Source: Campylobacterales bacterium (GTDB lineage: Bacteria > Campylobacterota > Campylobacteria > Campylobacterales > QNZT01). Taken from it: 27,047 bases of DNA. The position numbers and the translations under genes are program-made. Below the pieces are notes generated by a model. The model searched no databases, had not been told where the DNA came from, and saw only the letters and a program-made list of their open reading frames with translations. Below are positions 21,728-27,047 of the stretch, piece after piece. Each line of letters starts with the position of its first letter. The stretch's first letter is position 1. The stretch spans positions 1 through 27,047 of the forward strand of contig DQTU01000039.1 in assembly GCA_015662615.1 (NCBI GenBank), read 5' to 3'.

Positions 21728-24697
21728 CTAGGCTTTCCTTAAAAACTTCAACACGGTAGCAATAATATCATCATCATCACGACTTGGAGATTTCAACTGC
21801 TCTTTTTTCTCATCATCATAAACAATCGTGATATTTTGAGCATAAGAAGAGATCATCTTTATCCCTTTTTCGCCAGCTAAAATCTTTATCACAATAATCT
21901 CCAAAAAGTTTTTAGTCAACTCATCAAGCTTACCAAAACGGTCAATCATCTCCTCTTCTATCTCATACACTTCATTGACCTTTTCACAAAGGCTGAGACG
22001 ACGGTAAAGCTCAAGGCGGATTCTATCTTCTCCCACAGAATCGCTGTTTAGATAAGCACTCACAGCCAGTTTTATTTCAACCAGTTTCTTCTCAGTTTTC
22101 TGTTCATTCAGAAGCATATTTAATGCATCTTCTAACATTTTAAGATAGAGTGAATACCCAATATTTTTGATATGCCCGCTTTGTGCCTCTCCGATTAAAT
22201 TTCCACCGCCTCTAATTTCCAAGTCATGGTAAGCTAGCACCGAACCACATCCCAAAAAGGAGTTTGACTCTAAAGCTATCAATCTCTTTTTTGAGGTATC
22301 AGAAATCGTATCTTTGTTTTCAACCAAAAAGTAGCAATACCCTACCCGTGAACTCCGCCCTACTCTCCCTCGAAGCTGATGCAAGTCCGCCATGCCAAAT
22401 CTATCTGCATTTTCAACGATGATCGTGTTTACATTTGGGATATGAATACCCGACTCAATAATCGTCGTCGAAATCAAAATATCATACTCTTTTTTCTCAA
22501 ACGCCATAATCTCTTTTTCGGTAACCGCCGCCGAAATTTTAGAGTGAAGCATCAAGATCTTAGCATTTGGCAAAATCTCCTGCAACTCTTTTTTCTTAGC
22601 TTCAATACTCGCAATGCGATTATGCACATAAAATATCTGTCCACCCCGTCTAGTCTCACGAAGCACAATCTCTTTGAGAAGTTTCTCATCAAACTCTTTG
22701 ACAAAAGTACGAACATCTTCTCTCTCACTAGGAGGGGTTAGAAGTTGTGAATATTGTTTTATAGAACTTAGAGCCATGTTTAAACTTCTTGGAATTGGTG
22801 TAGCACTCATGGAGAGTACATGGAGATTCTCTTTTAAAGCTTTTAGCTTCTCTTTTTGTTTGACTCCAAACTTATGCTCTTCATCAAGTATCATCAATGC
22901 AATATTCTTAAACTCTACCCCAAAAAGTGAATGAGTTCCAATACAGACATCGATAGTCCCATCTTTCAAACCTTTTAAAACATCACTCTTCTCTCTTGTA
23001 CTTGAAAACCTATCAAGCTTTGCAACAGAAATTCCGTACTTTGTAAAACGCTCTCTCAAGCTTTTCAGATGCTGAGAAACAAGAAGCGTAGTGGGAACTA
23101 AAAATGCAGCTTGATAACCACTCTTTACTGTTGCAAAGATTCCATTCATAGCAACCTCAGTTTTTCCAAAACCAACATCACCACTCAAAAGCCTATCCAT
23201 GACCTTACCACTTTTGAGATCTTCAAAAATTTCATTAATACACTTATCTTGATCATCTGTATAGATAAAACCAGCATCATTTTGAAAAACGCCTAATTCT
23301 GCATGGTTACTTTTTAATTTTACCGCCTTTATAAGCTCACGACTGGCAGCTATCTCTATAATTTCACGGGCGATTTCAAAGAGTTTGACTTTCGTCTTCT
23401 CTTTCATTTTAAGGAAACTACTTTTTCCCAATTTATCAACAATCGCTAATGATCCACCCTCGGAAATATATCTATCAATCAGCGTTAAATTTTCCACAGG
23501 AATCAGAAGCCTATCATCTCCTTGATAAGCAATCTCAACAAAGTCTCGAACTGTTCCTAAAACTTTAGTATTGGTAAGCCCTTTAAAGATACCAATTCCA
23601 TAATTTTCATGCACGACATAATCATTGACTTTCAAATCATCAAGAACAATTTTACTTCGTTTTCGTCTCTTTTTTCGCTCTGCTTTATTAAGTGATACTA
23701 TAAGTTCATCATCACTTAAAACATTGACAATGAGTTCATTAAACTGATAAGTTACCTTAATTTCTGAGTCAATTCCAGACTGTTTTGCCAATCCCTCATT
23801 TCTAGCGATGATGGTTATCTTTTTCTTTTTATGATAACCCACAAGTGCATTTAACTCAGCAACTTCAATATCTTTATATATTTTTGGCTCTGCCATGAGA
23901 GGAATCAATAAAAGTTGCTCTTTTTTTGGCTTATCCTCAGCAAAAGAGAAAAAATCTTCAATATCATCTTTTAGGTTTGAAACAGAGATAACATTTCGAT
24001 CTTTTAGATAATCCTCTGCCAACTCCTCCAAACACCAAAAACCAAGAGTTGAGATATCTTTTTCAAAACTATCACTTTTTAGGTTTGTTACTTTTGTCTG
24101 TAACGCCTCATACTGAGTCGCATCTAAGGCAAATAAAGCAGGTATCACGGAGATAAATTCCAACTCCTCTTTTTCACTCTTTTGTGTCTCACATACAAAA
24201 ACTCTAATACTCTCAATTTCATCATCAAAAAGAGAAATTCTAATAGGATTCGTAGCATTTATGGGATAGAGATCAATGATATCGCCACGAAAAGAGACTT
24301 CACCCTTTTCTTCAACAATCTCAACAAAAGTATATCCCCAATAAAGAAGCTTCTCTTTAAACGATTTCAACTCAATCGTATCGCCAAACTCAATATCAAA
24401 AGATTGAAAAAGCTCCTTTTTAGGGAGGGCATTTATCAGGGTTCTAAATGGCGCTATTAAAATCGATTTTTTAGGGTTTGCATAATAATCATTTAGAGCA
24501 GAGTTGATTTCAAAAATCTCTTCTTTATAGGGGCGTAAATCATCTCCATGCGTAGCTCTAAAATCAGGAAGTTGGTAGGTCTGATACCCTAGATATCTTG
24601 CACAATCTGAGGCACTTTTTGCTTCTTTGTCATCTTTTGTGATTAGGATTTGGATATCAGGTTTTGATTTTAAGTATTCGAAGACTCTAGCTTGCAA
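21728..24697 (-). CDS. mfd: Transcription-repair coupling factor Mfd (epsilonproteobacterial short form)
   Basis: RGDIIDL, DYVVHENYGIG.F (CarD/RID), MDRLLSGDVGFGKTEVA, ILDEEH.FG, SATPIPRSL, QLRGRVGRS, DLEIRGGGNL.G..QSGHI, TRCF C-terminal RLELYRRL; TTG start. Confidence 0.97.
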   Translation of the reverse strand: MQARVFEYLKSKPDIQILITKDDKEAKSASDCARYLGYQTYQLPDFRATHGDDLRPYKEEIFEINSALNDYYANPKKSILIAPFRTLINALPKKELFQSFDIEFGDTIELKSFKEKLLYWGYTFVEIVEEKGEVSFRGDIIDLYPINATNPIRISLFDDEIESIRVFVCETQKSEKEELEFISVIPALFALDATQYEALQTKVTNLKSDSFEKDISTLGFWCLEELAEDYLKDRNVISVSNLKDDIEDFFSFAEDKPKKEQLLLIPLMAEPKIYKDIEVAELNALVGYHKKKKITIIARNEGLAKQSGIDSEIKVTYQFNELIVNVLSDDELIVSLNKAERKKRRKRSKIVLDDLKVNDYVVHENYGIGIFKGLTNTKVLGTVRDFVEIAYQGDDRLLIPVENLTLIDRYISEGGSLAIVDKLGKSSFLKMKEKTKVKLFEIAREIIEIAASRELIKAVKLKSNHAELGVFQNDAGFIYTDDQDKCINEIFEDLKSGKVMDRLLSGDVGFGKTEVAMNGIFATVKSGYQAAFLVPTTLLVSQHLKSLRERFTKYGISVAKLDRFSSTREKSDVLKGLKDGTIDVCIGTHSLFGVEFKNIALMILDEEHKFGVKQKEKLKALKENLHVLSMSATPIPRSLNMALSSIKQYSQLLTPPSEREDVRTFVKEFDEKLLKEIVLRETRRGGQIFYVHNRIASIEAKKKELQEILPNAKILMLHSKISAAVTEKEIMAFEKKEYDILISTTIIESGIHIPNVNTIIVENADRFGMADLHQLRGRVGRSSRVGYCYFLVENKDTISDTSKKRLIALESNSFLGCGSVLAYHDLEIRGGGNLIGEAQSGHIKNIGYSLYLKMLEDALNMLLNEQKTEKKLVEIKLAVSAYLNSDSVGEDRIRLELYRRLSLCEKVNEVYEIEEEMIDRFGKLDELTKNFLEIIVIKILAGEKGIKMISSYAQNITIVYDDEKKEQLKSPSRDDDDIIATVLKFLRKA

Positions 24698-24716
24698 GTA
24701 TTGCCTTTAAAAAATT

Positions 24717-24725
24717 TGCTATAAT
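24717..24725 (+). promoter_or_regulatory. Extended -10 promoter of the serpin gene
   Basis: TG-C-TATAAT, SD AAGGA at 24732-24736, ATG at 24743. Confidence 0.7.
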
Positions 24726-24742
24726 AGTATCAAGGAATTCAT

Positions 24743-25939
24743 ATGAAAGAGATTATAACGGCCCTTTTTGGAGCCATGCTACTCGTAGGTTGCAACACTA
24801 CTGCTTCTAAACAAGATGAAGTCAGTAGTAAATTACAAAGAGACCTTGAACCAAATGTAAGTGATGCAGAACTTTCACAACTAGTTGCAGATAACAATAA
24901 ATTTGCACATGCGCTTTTTCAAAACTTAGACAGTAGTGAAGAGAACATTTTTTTCTCACCTATCTCTATCTCGCATGCCCTTATGATGACATATGCCGCA
25001 GCGGCAGGGAAAACAAAACAGGAGATGAAAACAGCGCTCAATCTAACACTTGAAGATGATAGGGTACATGAAGCTTTCAATAAACTTGATCTTGGTTTAA
25101 ACATGCAGGAGGATACAGATATATTTAAAATTGCAAACTCCATCTGGCCCTCAAAAGATTTTGAGTTTGAAGAAAATTATCTTGATGCTATCATGGTAAA
25201 TTATGGAGCGAGTTTAAAAACCTTGGATTATCAAAACAAACCTGAGGATTCAAGAAAAGAGATAAATAGTTGGGTTGAAGATAAGACAGAAGATAAGATA
25301 AAAGATTTGATCCCAGAGGGCTTAATCACTCCGCTGACAAAAATGGTACTTAGCAACGCTACCTATTTTAAAGGAGAGTGGGAACATGCTTTTAATCCTG
25401 ACAATACACAAAAGGGATTTTTTAACAACTCGATTGATGTGGAGTATATGAACCAAACAGAAGTTTTCCCATATTATGAAGATGAATCCTTGCAAGCTGT
25501 AAAATTAGATTATAAATCAGGTAAAAATTCTATGATCATAATTCTTCCAAAAGGAGATTCCTATGATATCAAAGGTGATTTCACAAAACACAGAGTCACA
25601 CTAAAGATGCCAAAATTTGAGTTTACCTCTAAATCTATAAGTTTAGTGGATACCATGAAAACGCTTGGAATGAATCGTGCTTTTGATAATAATGCAGACT
25701 TTAGTTTGATGAGTAGTAGTAGTTCACTTAAAATTGGTGATATCATACATAAAGCCTTTATCAAAGTAGATGAACAGGGTACAGAGGCAGCTGCAGCGAC
25801 GGTAGTTTTATTAGTAATGAAAGGTGGCATAGTTGGAGTCCCTACTGCAACGCTAACTTTAGACAAACCATTTATCTATATGATTGTAGATAATGAAACA
25901 GATCAAATACTATTTATGGGGCATATGCTAAAACCGTAA
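24743..25939 (+). CDS. Serpin (serine protease inhibitor) lipoprotein
   Basis: Lipobox LVGC; NIFFSPISI..AL.M...AA.G.TK.EM, IN.WVE.KT..KI.DLI, LSNATYFKGEWEH.F, MPKF, IHKAFIKVDEQGTEAAAAT hinge, LDKPFIYMI.D..T.QILFMG. Confidence 0.96.
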   Translation: MKEIITALFGAMLLVGCNTTASKQDEVSSKLQRDLEPNVSDAELSQLVADNNKFAHALFQNLDSSEENIFFSPISISHALMMTYAAAAGKTKQEMKTALNLTLEDDRVHEAFNKLDLGLNMQEDTDIFKIANSIWPSKDFEFEENYLDAIMVNYGASLKTLDYQNKPEDSRKEINSWVEDKTEDKIKDLIPEGLITPLTKMVLSNATYFKGEWEHAFNPDNTQKGFFNNSIDVEYMNQTEVFPYYEDESLQAVKLDYKSGKNSMIIILPKGDSYDIKGDFTKHRVTLKMPKFEFTSKSISLVDTMKTLGMNRAFDNNADFSLMSSSSSLKIGDIIHKAFIKVDEQGTEAAAATVVLLVMKGGIVGVPTATLTLDKPFIYMIVDNETDQILFMGHMLKP

Positions 25940-25948
25940 GGAAAACAG

Positions 25949-26356
25949 ATGGGAATTTTTACTGATTTAGAAGCAGAATATGATATAGAGATTGTAGAAG
26001 AGTTTTTTTCACACTTCTCTTTTATGCTTGAATCACTTGAAACATTGGTTATTGGTTTAGAAAAAGAGGAACTCTACAGTAATAACATCGGTGAAATTTT
26101 CAGAATTTTTCATAATATAAAATCCTCTACAGGATATCTCAAACTTACCCCTATCAATAAAATCGTTGCTTTGGGAGAGGAAGTACTCGACGAATGTAGA
26201 CATCTGGAAGGAAGCGCTAGTGATGAACTTATCAACTGGCTGCTGCTTTTAAGCGATCAACTTCAACTTTATAAAAAGGATTTAGAAGAAGATCAGGATG
26301 AGCTTAGTGCTACCGATCACAATATTATTAAAATTCCTACGAAGTATTTAAAGTAA
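25949..26356 (+). CDS. Stand-alone Hpt (histidine phosphotransfer) domain protein
   Basis: IFRIFHNIKSSTGYL (Hpt H-box), all-helical; SD AAGGA 9 nt after the serpin stop region. Confidence 0.88.
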   Translation: MGIFTDLEAEYDIEIVEEFFSHFSFMLESLETLVIGLEKEELYSNNIGEIFRIFHNIKSSTGYLKLTPINKIVALGEEVLDECRHLEGSASDELINWLLLLSDQLQLYKKDLEEDQDELSATDHNIIKIPTKYLK

Positions 26357-26437
26357 TCTACTGTTTTTTATAGAATTTTTTCAAATCTTTCAGGCTCTAG
26401 AGTCTTTTTTCGTTTTAAAAGAAAGTAAAGAAAAAGA

Positions 26438-27047
26438 TTATCTATCTAAATATTGATGTAGAATTTTGTCTATCTCCTCTTTAAGTGTTTGCGGTTGCAC
26501 TACGATAAGATGTGGTAGCCACTGTTTGATGAGTGGCATTATCTCCAAAGAGTTATCGATACGAAAAGATAACAAAAGAGAGCCATCTTCTTGTGTATCA
26601 ACTATACTTTGGGATTTAAGATACTTTTTTTGTTTGAAAAATACTGCAATTTCTTTTTTTGCTAACAAATTAACGGTATAACTTTTTCCTCTATACTCTT
26701 CAAAAAGCGTTTGAAAGTTCTCCAAAAACTTAAGGGCGGATATATCTTCTTGAAAATTTTGTGTTTCCATACTGACACCGATGATGTGGTTAATCCTTAA
26801 AAAGGTAAATCCATATCCATGTTTGTCCTCTTCTGAAATGATAGTGGCAAGATACCAGTTATTTTTTGCATAAACTATTTTTATAGGTTTTACATGGCTA
26901 TAGGAGAGCAGTTTGCTTTCATGGTAAGCGATACAAATATATCGTTTGTTTCGTATAGCTTCTTTAAGGGTATGCCAAATTTTTTGATCTTTTATCTCCT
27001 CAAATGGCGAACTATGGAGTTGGTAAATTACTCTCATCTGTTTTTAA
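26438..27047 (-). CDS. WYL-domain transcriptional regulator (WYL + WCX part); 5' end outside window or disrupted
   Basis: LKEAI..KRY..I.Y......VKPIKIVY..NNWYLA, F.R...I, then WCX-like SQ.I.....DGSL...F......EIMPLIKQWLP.L.VV.P..L. An in-frame TAA (27046-27044) precedes ATG 27037. Confidence 0.85.

Noticed and set aside
81-26681. Short ORFs in the track overlapping larger genes (e.g. 81-263, 3182-3415, 4414-4698, 4723-4962, 6132-6353, 6711-6920, 9377-9592, 13564-13749, 15151-16370 set, 17349-17708, 18164-18950 set, 19282-19482, 20156-20404, 22379-24460 set, 24919-25866 set, 26466-26681)
   Set aside because: All are antisense or off-frame shadows of well-supported genes, with no recognisable motifs or RBS and the Ser/Leu/Phe-rich composition typical of reverse-strand translation.

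Overview
AT-rich chromosomal window from a Campylobacterota (epsilonproteobacterial) genome, probably a flagellated free-living Sulfurimonas/Sulfurovum-like lineage (inferred from protein style, epsilon-type TTGGAAC-N5-TTGCT sigma54 promoter and TG-N-TATAAT promoters). It is mostly housekeeping: 3' end of lpxD, the rpmH-rnpA-yidD-yidC-jag-mnmE operon, rmuC, flgH, yqeY, an M48 peptidase, ubiE/menG, a PIF1-like helicase, an MscS-family channel, tgt, an ABC-DedA-GT2 operon and mfd. Accessory genes are interspersed: a lipoprotein with eight 23-aa repeats and a PG-binding domain, a degenerate OmpA-like protein with a coiled-coil partner, a degenerate CYTH-CHAD protein, a lipoprotein serpin, a stand-alone Hpt protein and a WYL regulator cut by the window edge. 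The ORF track misses rpmH and two stop-interrupted genes (TAXI solute-binding remnant, DUF4282-like membrane protein), and it misplaces the starts of rnpA (ATT/TTA) and mnmE (ATA), both non-canonical. No rRNA, tRNA, CRISPR array, transposase or integrase was recognised. The best leads are a GC-rich structured element in the predicted tgt 5' leader, the serpin-Hpt-WYL block, the repeat lipoprotein and the non-canonical starts. No clearly self-contained novel multi-gene system could be proven from sequence alone. All family calls come from recognising motifs by eye, with no database search.
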